From Candidatus Bathyarchaeota archaeon (GTDB taxonomy: Archaea > Thermoproteota > Bathyarchaeia > 40CM-2-53-6), in assembly GCA_963733055.1 (NCBI GenBank), contig CAVTBR010000001.1, forward strand, positions 1,088,001 to 1,152,000: 64,000 nt of DNA, read 5' to 3'. How positions within the stretch are numbered: the first letter of the stretch is position 1; each line of letters starts with the position of its first letter. Of the stretch, positions 37,986-47,033 are shown piece after piece. The notes beneath the pieces are model-generated. The model searched no databases and was not told where the DNA came from. It saw only the letters and a program-made list of their open reading frames with translations. Both the position numbers and the translations under genes were made by a program.

Positions 37986-39572
37986 CTAATCACTCAACAA
38001 CGCTAGCCTCGCGCGTTCGTACGTCTTCGACGTATCCGCGTAGTAGTCTCGGATGACTGCGCCGACTTCCCTATACCTGCGAATGTTCTTCTTCACAAGA
38101 TAATCCAAAACAGTCTTACGGCGTTGAATTTCCTCTCTCGCGGTTTCCAGAGTAGCCCCTGCCCTCTCCGCGAGCCTTTCGATCGTTTGGCTTCGGCCAG
38201 AATACGTGAAAGAATCCGTCCGAGGTTCCCATTTATAGAGGTCGTTAAGGTCGAGTTCGCCGGAACTCGGGTCTATACCCAAGATTTCAGTAAGCTGCAC
38301 CAGTCTCCGAGCCGGCCTGCCATTTATCCTCAACCGTGATTGGACTCCGATCAAATGGAGGGTTGGTAGAAGTGTTCGTGGGATATTCAGCGGAGCTGAT
38401 TCAAGCCTTCGGACGGCTGCCCTGACCGAATCGGCGTGCAGGCTGGATAGGCCACCGTGACCCGTCGCCATTGCTTGAAAGAGAGTGAAGGCTTCCTCAC
38501 CCCTGACCTCACCGACTATAACGTAGTCCGGCCTTTGTCGCATGGCTGCCTTTAACAAGTCGAATGTGGAAATCTCGGCGCTGCTTCCAACTGACCCGAA
38601 GCCTACGCGTGCGATTGAAGCTATCCAGTTTTCGTGTGGAATGTTCATCTCTGGCGTATCTTCAATCGTGATGACCTTATCGTCGGGCATGATGAACATG
38701 GAGATGCAGTTCAGGAGAGTGGTCTTTCCAGACGCGGTTCCGCCGCCGACAAGTATGCAGGCTTTCTTCTCGATTGCATACCACAGATAGGCTCCGATAT
38801 CGGAGGTTATCGTGTTGAATGTGATCATGTCGGTTATTGTGAGTGGGTCCGCTTTGAATCGTCTAATTGTGAAGCTACTGCCGCGTCGGGTCACTTCTTT
38901 GCTGTAGGTAAGTTGAATTCGGCTGCCGTCCGGGAGGCCTCCGTCAACCATAGGTGAGGCGATTGAGACGTGTTTGTTGCATAGGTAAGCCAGTTTCACG
39001 ACAAAGTTGTCTAGTTCTTTGGGGTTTTCGAATCTTATGTTCGTTGGGATGGATTCGAACTGGCGGTGCCAAACGTAAATTGGACCCCCTGGTCCATCGC
39101 AACTTATGTCTTCAATCATGTGGTCGCGCATTATGGGTTCTATGCGACCTAGGTTTACGAGGTCCCTTGCCAAGTAGTACATGAGTTTGTCGAGGGTTTC
39201 AGCAGCGATTTTGAACTTGTATTCCTTAACTCTCTTCTCAACTTCCTTTCTCAGGAATTTCGCCGCTTCTTCTAACGAGCCGATTTTTCTTGCATCCACG
39301 TCCAGCTCTTCGACCAGTATGCTGTGGATTTTCTTGTACAGCACTTTTTCTTCTTCGAGCAGCGTAGGTTCGATGACGAAATACAGCATGCCGCCTGTCG
39401 TCGGCTCGCGGGCTATGGCAGCGTAAGCGTAGGGTTCGATTAGCGGGTATACTTCCTTGAAACTTGAGGGGACTTCCGCTACAGGAGGCGCAGCTATGAC
39501 CTCAAGCACAGCCTTGGCTACGGGAGCGTGCTTCCCCGGTCGCGATAGGCGCGAGGGGAGCTTGAGGTCCAT
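37986..39572 (-). CDS. Type IV pilus assembly ATPase (VirB11/CpaF/ArlI family)
   Basis: IEDISCDG, GSSFTIRRF, GGTASGKTT, IEDTPE, RQRPDYVIVGEVRG.EA, TGHG..SLHA. Confidence 0.95.
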   Translation of the reverse strand: MDLKLPSRLSRPGKHAPVAKAVLEVIAAPPVAEVPSSFKEVYPLIEPYAYAAIAREPTTGGMLYFVIEPTLLEEEKVLYKKIHSILVEELDVDARKIGSLEEAAKFLRKEVEKRVKEYKFKIAAETLDKLMYYLARDLVNLGRIEPIMRDHMIEDISCDGPGGPIYVWHRQFESIPTNIRFENPKELDNFVVKLAYLCNKHVSIASPMVDGGLPDGSRIQLTYSKEVTRRGSSFTIRRFKADPLTITDMITFNTITSDIGAYLWYAIEKKACILVGGGTASGKTTLLNCISMFIMPDDKVITIEDTPEMNIPHENWIASIARVGFGSVGSSAEISTFDLLKAAMRQRPDYVIVGEVRGEEAFTLFQAMATGHGGLSSLHADSVRAAVRRLESAPLNIPRTLLPTLHLIGVQSRLRINGRPARRLVQLTEILGIDPSSGELDLNDLYKWEPRTDSFTYSGRSQTIERLAERAGATLETAREEIQRRKTVLDYLVKKNIRRYREVGAVIRDYYADTSKTYERARLALLSD

Positions 39573-39598
39573 CTTCGTGGCTTCGCCCTCCAGTTGGA

Positions 39599-39829
39599 CT
39601 ATCTGTCACTAGCTACTTTTGACGGAACTATAGCTATCTCACCGGTCAAGTTCAACGGCTTCGAGCCTGGCTTTCGAACCGCGTAAATGAGGAAAAATTC
39701 CTCTCCAGTGTTTTGAAGCCTTAGAGTTACATCAGCTTCCCCATCTATCCCTATGAGGTCCGCGATGTCATTGGGGATTCTAACGTAGATTGATTTGTTC
39801 AACCTCACCGGCCGAATCTTAAGCGCCAA
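39599..39829 (-). CDS. AbrB-like regulator heading the pilus operon
   Basis: NKSIYVRIPNDIADLIGI. Confidence 0.75.
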   Translation of the reverse strand: MALKIRPVRLNKSIYVRIPNDIADLIGIDGEADVTLRLQNTGEEFFLIYAVRKPGSKPLNLTGEIAIVPSKVASDR

Positions 39830-39888
39830 TCGAATCAGCTGGAAGGCTGTTTAGCTTCTGCTTTGGATATTCTTCGTGTCCCCTTAGT

Positions 39889-40416
39889 TTGAGTAAAACG
39901 GTGACGGCACTCTTTCTAGCGTGCCACACCGAATTCTCCCTAGCCATTGCTAGGGGTGGCTTGGATATGCATGGTCAAGAGACGCGTAGACTCCTGTGTT
40001 CAATATTCCTGTTGATGGCAGCTACCACCGGTCTCGCTTCCGTGACCGCGGGTGATTCTCAATCCATCCATTGGCACTCACCAACGAAAACGTATCAAGG
40101 CTACATTTCAGTGGTATACTATGGAATTTACCATTATGTCACGACTAGTCCACAATGTGGTCAGGCACTCCTATGCCTATATTCAGACGAGGTCGTATTT
40201 TATCTGGAAACTGACTCTGGGTCCCTAATTCGACTAATCTTCACGTGTGGACTAGACGACTGTAGGCAAAGCAACCAACTGCCACTGTCGCAAGGATCTC
40301 GCATGTACGTTAAAGGGACGTTAATTGAACCTTCACAATGGCAACCTGGGCTATCTCAACCGTACCTCTACTTCGTCGCGGACATGTACGTCTTACAATA
40401 CTCCAAGATTACCTGA
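39889..40416 (+). CDS. Secreted Cys-containing beta (OB-like) protein; start probably ATG about 39967
   Basis: Signal peptide; FYLETDSG..RLIF..G.RMYVKGTL. Confidence 0.6.
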   Translation: MSKTVTALFLACHTEFSLAIARGGLDMHGQETRRLLCSIFLLMAATTGLASVTAGDSQSIHWHSPTKTYQGYISVVYYGIYHYVTTSPQCGQALLCLYSDEVVFYLETDSGSLIRLIFTCGLDDCRQSNQLPLSQGSRMYVKGTLIEPSQWQPGLSQPYLYFVADMYVLQYSKIT

Positions 40417-40870
40417 CCCGAACTCGCCAAGTTTTCTTTGTAGCAGATAAAGGAGACCTCACTAGCCCATGTCACACGTGCGACAACTTGTCGGCGCAGT
40501 CACGCCGATTCTGGCGTCTTTCTGCTGACGTTCTGCATCGTTTGGGCGCGCTGTCCGGCGTTTTGCTGATGTTCTCCGCTGATTTGGTTGCGAAGATCCG
40601 CCTTATGCGCGAAATATTCCTTCATCTATTCGCGTCTCACCGTTCCTCCTCGCGTTAAGTCGCGAAATATGGCGAAAATCATCCTTCTTCGCTTCAACAC
40701 TCCCCAAACACCGTGCAAACATCATCCAAATACCATTCAAACGCTGTTTGTGTTGCAGGTCAAAGATCGTACGACTACTGGGGTATGATTGCGATGTGTC
40801 TTGGAAACTTCTAGGACAGTGTGGCTCGATGGTACTTTTGCTTGTAGTTAATCACGCTAATGATTATTGA

Positions 40871-40909
40871 GAAAAAGAAAGAGAGGAAGGAGGGTTTTGA
40901 TTCCTTCCT
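40871..40909 (-). terminator. Hairpin plus U-tract terminator after the major pilin
   Basis: Minus strand AGGAAGGA..TCCTTCCT followed by CTCTTTCTTTTTC, directly after the stop codon. Confidence 0.7.
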
Positions 40910-41392
40910 TTAACTGGCCTGTCCGGCTATTGCGGTGTATGAGAAGACCCCACCGTCTGGCAACACCAGTTTAACTGCGTATGCAGACCCCGCAGTGACG
41001 TCACCTGCGAGTGAGCCTGTGGCTTGAACTGTTAGCGTTTCTTGGCATGTCGCAGCTCCAGGCGTCACAACTGGGGTAGCGCAGTCCCCCACCGCTGATG
41101 CTTTAACTCCGTTCACAAAATAGTCAGCGCTGGCGCCAGCTAAGTTAACTGTTGAAGAGCCAACGTTCTTGAGATTGAGAATGAGTTTAGCCGACCCGCT
41201 CCAGTCGTATGCCTCGAGGATTACTTGGTCTTTGGTTTGTTGGCCTCCGCTGCTGCCTAAGCTTCCCATTAGTCCGATGGAGAAAACGTAGAGTAGTACG
41301 GCGGCTGCGACGGCTATGGCGATGAGGAGAAGTGCGGCGATGATGACTGAAACTCCGCGCCTGCTGAATTGTTTACCCATGATAGTCATCAT
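40910..41392 (-). CDS. Probable major type IV pilin
   Basis: SRRG|VSVIIAALLLIAIAVAAAV; strong SD GGAGGTGA (41402-41409); own terminator. Confidence 0.92.
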   Translation of the reverse strand: MMTIMGKQFSRRGVSVIIAALLLIAIAVAAAVLLYVFSIGLMGSLGSSGGQQTKDQVILEAYDWSGSAKLILNLKNVGSSTVNLAGASADYFVNGVKASAVGDCATPVVTPGAATCQETLTVQATGSLAGDVTAGSAYAVKLVLPDGGVFSYTAIAGQAS

Positions 41393-41669
41393 TTAGATGT
41401 TTCACCTCCCCCAAACTTCAACAGGCTTAGCAAATGTTTAGTGATGGTAATGGTGCTGCTGTCACCGTGTTTGCGCTTGGAAGGTTACGCCATTCTATTC
41501 AGGCGTGGTAAGGCAATTTGCTTCTAAAATGGTCTATCCACGTGAGGACTGTTTCGACATTTTCAACCTGATTATCGATTCTCGCTAATCTCTAAACGCG
41601 CTAGGTCATTGCAGTTTATCTCGGCCAAAAAAGTAAGGTGTGCTTCATTATTTCGCGATCGGGATTGAG

Positions 41670-41936
41670 CTACTCTGTAATCTTTCGGTCTCTCTTTGTA
41701 ATGAGAAGTCCTAAGGCTAGGCCGCCAGCGAAGACCAAGAGCATCAGTGTTAAGAGCGATTTCATGAATCCAGTCGCATCAATAGCGAAGTCTGTGCTGC
41801 CGTTGGTATACTCATTCAAGATCACAAACTGACTGTGCAGTGCAAACTTGCTGATCGTAGACGCAGTTAAGGCCAAACCAGACATTATGCCAACAGAAAT
41901 GGCTGTCGAAATCCTGCTAAGGGTCAGGAAACTCAT
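41670..41936 (-). CDS. Small 2-TM membrane protein
   Basis: Two hydrophobic helices with a charged tail. Confidence 0.6.
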   Translation of the reverse strand: MSFLTLSRISTAISVGIMSGLALTASTISKFALHSQFVILNEYTNGSTDFAIDATGFMKSLLTLMLLVFAGGLALGLLITKRDRKITE

Positions 41937-42129
41937 CCATCAAACCCCAGATAGGAGTCATTCCCGTTCGCTAATATGGTTTTGCTAAAACTTAGCAGCC
42001 GTTAAGCCGGCTGGACGGCTCATTTATGCTTGAACGCTTGGCTAAATGATCTAGCGGCCCTGTAACCACGTAGGCGGTTCGCGGGTTACACCACTCTATT
42101 CCGGCGTGGTCTCTCTCATTGCTTGATTT

Positions 42130-42420
42130 GTGGAGAAGCCACACGACAGTCTCATGGGAGGGTTAAAGATGGGTGTCCGCAATTCGGCGAAGGAAAGAAT
42201 CCGGGAGGTTCTCAAGAAGTCAGAGATTCCCATGGACGTTGAGAATGTCCGCGTGAAGGCTGGGCTCAAGAACTGGGAGTCAACGAAAGCCATACTCCTA
42301 GAAATGGTTCTTCAGGGTTCCGCTCTCGGCCAGAAAACAACGAAGTCATGGATCTTCTGGGTCAACACGCCAGTCGCAATGTCCCAACAATTAAGGCGTG
42401 AGCGGAAAGGAGTTGTCTAA
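42130..42420 (+). CDS. Small winged-helix protein
   Basis: RIREVL..MDVENVR..W.STKAILLEM..G..G.KT.KSWIF. Confidence 0.65.
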   Translation: MEKPHDSLMGGLKMGVRNSAKERIREVLKKSEIPMDVENVRVKAGLKNWESTKAILLEMVLQGSALGQKTTKSWIFWVNTPVAMSQQLRRERKGVV

Positions 42421-42462
42421 CCAAAGATGACAGTTCGCGCGAATACCTCCACGGCACAGTCG

Positions 42463-43068
42463 CTAGAGGCCAACAATTACCTCGATTATTGCAGAAACGA
42501 GGAGGCCGACTAAACTAATGAGAAGCAGCTTCAAGTCTCCTTGCAAAGATGCGATAATTCGTCTGCCGACAATTCGTTCTCTTGCAATCCTAAGCGGTTC
42601 CGCCACGCAAATCAACACAAACAGGAACTCGAGAGGGGCGTGGATCCACGACGTCGCCAGCAAACGATTCACTAATGTCAAGCCTCTGATTTCCGATGCG
42701 AGCATCAAGGTGGCCCCGAGGTCAAAGAATCCAAGCAAACCCCCAGTCAACAATGAAAACACGGCCAACAAACGCACCCTAGTCCCGCCGCGAATGCGGG
42801 GCTCCCATCGAACCTTGGCTAAGATCGCTGGGTACAGGAAGGAGAGTAGGACTGGGACGCAATTATTCAAGAACACGAGCAGCGTGACCGCGACAAGACC
42901 TAGGGTAGTTGCAGCACGCAGAGGGCTGATGGCTCGCGTCGTAATCAAGAACATCATAAGTTCACGAAGCGTGGCGGAGAATGCAATCAGCAAAGCCCCC
43001 GTCACAGAGCCGACAGCGAAAGCAAGCAGTGTTTCTCCGAATGCTCTATCAACGAATCTCATGGCCAA
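42463..43068 (-). CDS. SpoIIM/DUF95-like membrane protein
   Basis: FLNN, HAPLE, LLVSAIIEV motifs; multiple TMs. Confidence 0.7.
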   Translation of the reverse strand: MAMRFVDRAFGETLLAFAVGSVTGALLIAFSATLRELMMFLITTRAISPLRAATTLGLVAVTLLVFLNNCVPVLLSFLYPAILAKVRWEPRIRGGTRVRLLAVFSLLTGGLLGFFDLGATLMLASEIRGLTLVNRLLATSWIHAPLEFLFVLICVAEPLRIARERIVGRRIIASLQGDLKLLLISLVGLLVSAIIEVIVGL

Positions 43069-43109
43069 CCCTACAATTTCCGCGCCGCTTAATCAAGGAG
43101 TCGAGCAGA

Positions 43110-43856
43110 ATGGCGTTTGACATTCTGCTAACCACCGTCAACCTCCTCTCCGTCCTAGCTACGGCAGCCTTAGTCTTCTTAACCGCGAAACCATGCCGTG
43201 AGTCTCGCGTCCCGTATCTGCTCGCGATCCCCGCAGGGTTCGGCCTCATGGCCGTTGCATTCATTGTAGAATCTGTCGAGCCTTTTCTAGTTTCAACTTC
43301 CTCGCTTCTGGGCCTCCCTGTGACCGCTCTCTCCCTGCTAACGCAAACCTACGGCATATTATTCCTCGCCCTCACCTACGCCCGCCGAACCGGGCTTCGG
43401 CTACTCGGGCAATCAACATTCGCGGATCTACTCGCAGCCGCCCTGGTAACCGTCGGACTCTTCGGAACCATATTCGTTACACAAGCGCTAGGCGCGCCAA
43501 GCATCATGTCCTCAAGTGCGGAGCTCTTCTTGAGGGCCGTAATTATCGCAGCCACGATTTACCTTATGTACGAAACTCTCAGGAACTGGTCCCTCACCCA
43601 CAGGGCTTCGGAAGGCTTCGTGACAATCGGTTTCACTTTCCTGCTGGTAGAACAATTTGGCTTCACCCTGGCGCTCGCAAACCTAGGATCGGTGGCGGCC
43701 TTCTTAGCGTATGAAGGTAGGCTCTTAGGTCTCTTCGTGCTCAACGCGGTACTAATCGTGGGCGTCAAGAAAGCCGATCAGCTAATCCCCCTGAAGAGAC
43801 TCGGCTTGGGGGCGCCAGCTCACACTCGCGCTCAGCCGTTACTGATCCAACAGTAG
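43110..43856 (+). CDS. Polytopic (about 7 TM) membrane protein, sensor-like
   Basis: Internally repeated helical pattern (YLL..P.GF / EGFVTIGF); ATG 43110 after GGAG. Confidence 0.7.
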   Translation: MAFDILLTTVNLLSVLATAALVFLTAKPCRESRVPYLLAIPAGFGLMAVAFIVESVEPFLVSTSSLLGLPVTALSLLTQTYGILFLALTYARRTGLRLLGQSTFADLLAAALVTVGLFGTIFVTQALGAPSIMSSSAELFLRAVIIAATIYLMYETLRNWSLTHRASEGFVTIGFTFLLVEQFGFTLALANLGSVAAFLAYEGRLLGLFVLNAVLIVGVKKADQLIPLKRLGLGAPAHTRAQPLLIQQ

Positions 43857-43891
43857 GAAAACACCGAGAAGACGGGCACCAAACAGCAGCG

Positions 43892-44689
43892 CTAATGACG
43901 AAGCATTAGGAAGATTCCGGCGAAGACGGGGTCCCCTACAATCAATGTAATTGCTACGGCGATTAGTATGAAGACTAGAAGCGGTAATCCAGGCGTTACC
44001 CAGACCAAGTTTCGTGGGCTCACTTTTCTGAGAGATTCTGTGAACTCGGATACAACCTGTTCTCTGTCAACATCGACGTTAGAATACATCTGGAGGGTTC
44101 GGTGTGCCCCATTTCCGTTCTCGACAACTTTCTCCATAGGGTACAGGTAAAAGGTTGAATTCAGTTTAGCGACCGAGGTTGGAAACCCGGTGATGACAGC
44201 TAACACCTTTTTCCACGGGGGCTCACGCTCCAACCCCGCGAACATTTCCGATTTCAAGCGTACCATTGAGATCAGATTTCTTCCTAACATCCAAAACGCA
44301 ACCGAAATCGAACAAACATATGCGGTGACCAGCACGACGATTGGGAAGAAGGGGTGGACGAAGCCGAGTATTGGATTCACGATACCGGGGGGAAGGGGCA
44401 GTGTTACGCCGAGGCACATCAGCGCCTTTGCGTCAGCCCCGCCAGCCAAGCCGAAGAACACGAGTCCAAACGCGAGCAAGATTGACAAACCCATTGAAAC
44501 AGCCGTGAAAAACCAAACTGAGGGGTCTACGTAAATCCGGTAGATAGTGAGCGCGAGGCCGATAGGCCCATAGGCTAACCAGACCTTGTCCGGTACTTCG
44601 CGGGTCTTGAGGTCGGAAATCGCAGCGATCGTGAGGAAGACTAGAGTGATGGAGACGGACGCGTACTCGGAGACGCTGAGTGGATCCAT
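43892..44689 (-). CDS. pibD: Prepilin/prearchaellin peptidase (A24, FlaK/PibD)
   Basis: SDLKTREV.D, GGADAKAL, VWVTPGLP. Confidence 0.93.
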   Translation of the reverse strand: MDPLSVSEYASVSITLVFLTIAAISDLKTREVPDKVWLAYGPIGLALTIYRIYVDPSVWFFTAVSMGLSILLAFGLVFFGLAGGADAKALMCLGVTLPLPPGIVNPILGFVHPFFPIVVLVTAYVCSISVAFWMLGRNLISMVRLKSEMFAGLEREPPWKKVLAVITGFPTSVAKLNSTFYLYPMEKVVENGNGAHRTLQMYSNVDVDREQVVSEFTESLRKVSPRNLVWVTPGLPLLVFILIAVAITLIVGDPVFAGIFLMLRH

Positions 44690-44735
44690 CTCTAAAACTC
44701 ACTCTCATGCTCTTCGGCAGGTCATCAGAGCTTTG

Positions 44736-45155
44736 TCACTCGTGTACTCTCCGGGCGTCTTCGAAACGGTCAAAGTGCTTGTCAAAACTATAAATTTCCT
44801 TGATCTCGTTTTCTTTCATTAGAACATAGGCGACCGCGTCGTTCAAACCAACGATGGCTTCTTCGGCTATCTGGATCGCGTCGACGTAGTCATCTCTACT
44901 TGGTTCGAGCAATAGAATTGTAGGTGAGTGAATTAGGTCGTAGATTATTGGGTGGCTATCTTGAATCGGCATCGAAGCTTCGAGGATATTCGCAACATCC
45001 GAGAGATGAGTCAAACTTGTTGCAACCCTTTCACCAGAATTTATTCGCTTCACAATTGACTTTGCAGCCCTCTTCACCTCGGCAACCTCATCCGATATCA
45101 CTTTTCTCGGCTTCAGGTAAGCGTAAAGGAAAACGGAAGCGTCAACGAATCTCAT
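44736..45155 (-). CDS. vapC: PIN-domain toxin
   Basis: FVDASVF, NDA, IYSFDKHFD. Confidence 0.9.
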   Translation of the reverse strand: MRFVDASVFLYAYLKPRKVISDEVAEVKRAAKSIVKRINSGERVATSLTHLSDVANILEASMPIQDSHPIIYDLIHSPTILLLEPSRDDYVDAIQIAEEAIVGLNDAVAYVLMKENEIKEIYSFDKHFDRFEDARRVHE

Positions 45156-45397
45156 TTACCGCGTCTCCCCAGGACCGCTTTCTTCAACCTAGAGTAATCA
45201 GCGAAGTCAACAGGATTCACGCTCACCTCGACTGAGTCGAAATGCCTAGTTAAGTCAGGCTTCACCCTCGGCCTGACAAGCAGCGAATCCCCTTTCTCGA
45301 TAACTATGACCTCACCTGAGTTGTGAAGCCTCTCGTTCCTCCACCGCGCCGGCAAGGAAATCCTGCCCTGGGAATCCACTTTCTTGATCTCTGCCAA
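45152..45397 (-). CDS. AbrB/MraZ-like antitoxin
   Basis: TTG 45397, MAEIKKVDSQGRISLPARWR; overlaps the PIN start. Confidence 0.85.
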   Translation of the reverse strand: MAEIKKVDSQGRISLPARWRNERLHNSGEVIVIEKGDSLLVRPRVKPDLTRHFDSVEVSVNPVDFADYSRLKKAVLGRRGK

Positions 45398-45404
45398 ACG
45401 ATAT

Positions 45405-45454
45405 TTCCCCAATATACGACCTAATTCCCCATATTTGTGTATATTCCCCATATT
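45405..45454. promoter_or_regulatory. Three TTCCCCA(A)TAT direct repeats; putative TA operator
   Basis: Copies at about 45405, 45424 and 45443, directly upstream of the antitoxin start. Confidence 0.65.
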
Positions 45455-45710
45455 CTCAGTAGGCTGAGAATCGAGGCTTGGAATCTGGTCAGTCGTGCCT
45501 AAGTCAATGCCCACATCACGACCTTGCCGCTATATGGTCTTCTTGAGCCTTGACTCGAAAGGCTTGAACAAATTGATGACAAACTCGACCGTCGCCATAC
45601 AATCGATTTTCGTTGAAGAGTGGTAGCTGCTGCCTGTCCGGAGGGCACGTATTTAGGCGGCGGAGAGGCGGAAACGTCACGAAAATACTGAGAATCTGGA
45701 GAAATGGGGT

Positions 45711-46538
45711 TTGTCTGCGGAGGAACGTGTGGAAGACGGGCAGATTAACGCCTTACAACGTTTGGGTCTTACGGAGTACGAGGCTAGAATTTACTTGACG
45801 CTAGCCTCGAAGGGGCCCATCAAAGCCAGTGAACTAAGCTTCTTCGGCCAAATACCCCGAACCAAGACCTACGGTGCAATTAACGAGCTCGAACGGAAGG
45901 GGTTGCTCCGGATAATCCCGGGAAAACCCGAGGTGTATTCCCCAGCCTCGCCGGGCGAGGTTCTGATGCCGATGGTGAACAAACTCAGCCGTCAATTGGC
46001 TGAGGCAGAATCGGTCGTCGAGGGTCTCATGTTGACATTTGAATCCAATAGGTTCGTGAAACGTGATGTCCCTAAGGAGGCGGATGAGTTCTGGGAGGTT
46101 CAAGGACGATCGGGCATAATCAACAAGATGAACCAGATATTCAGCGATGCCACGAAGAGCATAAACTACTGCACAAGCGCGGAGGGCCTGATACGGGTGT
46201 ACAAGGCTCAGTGTGACATACTAGAGAAGGCGAACGAGCGAGGAGCGGAGGTACGTATACTCTCACTGGTCAATTCGGGGAACGCTGCGGTAGCGCGCGA
46301 AGTCGCGGAAGTGCTGAAGTTCAAGGTTCTCGACAAACCCTTCGGACAGAATTTCGTCACGGTCGATTCTCGCCAACTTATTGCGATAGAGGCGACCCCT
46401 GAAGACCTGCGAACCGACCAAGGTGCTGACAAGGGAATATGGACCACAAATAGGCTTCTCGTGGAATTGCACGACCAACTCTTCGAGAGGTTGTGGAATA
46501 CCTTCCCCGCTCGCAAAGCGATCCCACAGACCGTGTGA
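45711..46538 (+). CDS. trmB: TrmB-family transcriptional regulator
   Basis: LGLTEYEARIYLTL..IPRTKTY..LERKGL; C-terminal PLD-like effector domain. Confidence 0.9.
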   Translation: MSAEERVEDGQINALQRLGLTEYEARIYLTLASKGPIKASELSFFGQIPRTKTYGAINELERKGLLRIIPGKPEVYSPASPGEVLMPMVNKLSRQLAEAESVVEGLMLTFESNRFVKRDVPKEADEFWEVQGRSGIINKMNQIFSDATKSINYCTSAEGLIRVYKAQCDILEKANERGAEVRILSLVNSGNAAVAREVAEVLKFKVLDKPFGQNFVTVDSRQLIAIEATPEDLRTDQGADKGIWTTNRLLVELHDQLFERLWNTFPARKAIPQTV

Positions 46539-46827
46539 ATTGCTTTACCTGTTAAGATCACATGCGAATGATGGAATTATTCGGTGTAACCTAGTCAATT
46601 CTGAACTTATCTACGTCTATAGTGAGCATAAGAACGTTCAAAAAAACCATTTGCCGCCGCCTAATGCCTTACCGTTAGAGGCATCGGCTCTGTATGGTCT
46701 TGACCGAAACTGCCAATCTTGCGGTTATTAGATGGCACTTTCCGTCACCCAGTCCGACGACTAAGGGTAACACACCATCTATCGCCCGTGTATACTTCCT
46801 TACTTTCCTACAGATGGGGATTCCTGC

Positions 46828-46989
46828 ATGAAGAGGCTAGGCGACTCCAAGGTGACTGGAAAGTATCAGGCAACTATCCCACGCCCTGTTAGAGAACTTC
46901 TCAGACTGACATCCGGAGATAGAGTTGTCTTTCTAACAGAACGCGGCAACGTCTTAGTGAAAAAGGGCAGAGTGGAAATTCAAAGTTGA
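46828..46989 (+). CDS. 53-aa AbrB-family regulator, missing from the ORF track
   Basis: MKRLGDSKVTGKYQATIPRPVRELLRLTSGDRVVF. Confidence 0.85.
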   Translation: MKRLGDSKVTGKYQATIPRPVRELLRLTSGDRVVFLTERGNVLVKKGRVEIQS

Positions 46990-47033
46990 CTGAGCCGGGA
47001 GACAACTCAGTCCAGCCGTAGGAGCGGCGAAGC

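Noticed and set aside
27720-44689. Archaellum (arl/fla) operon
   Set aside because: No archaellin, ArlF/G or single fused ArlJ is recognisable. Separate TadB/TadC and pilin-type heads indicate a type IV pilus.
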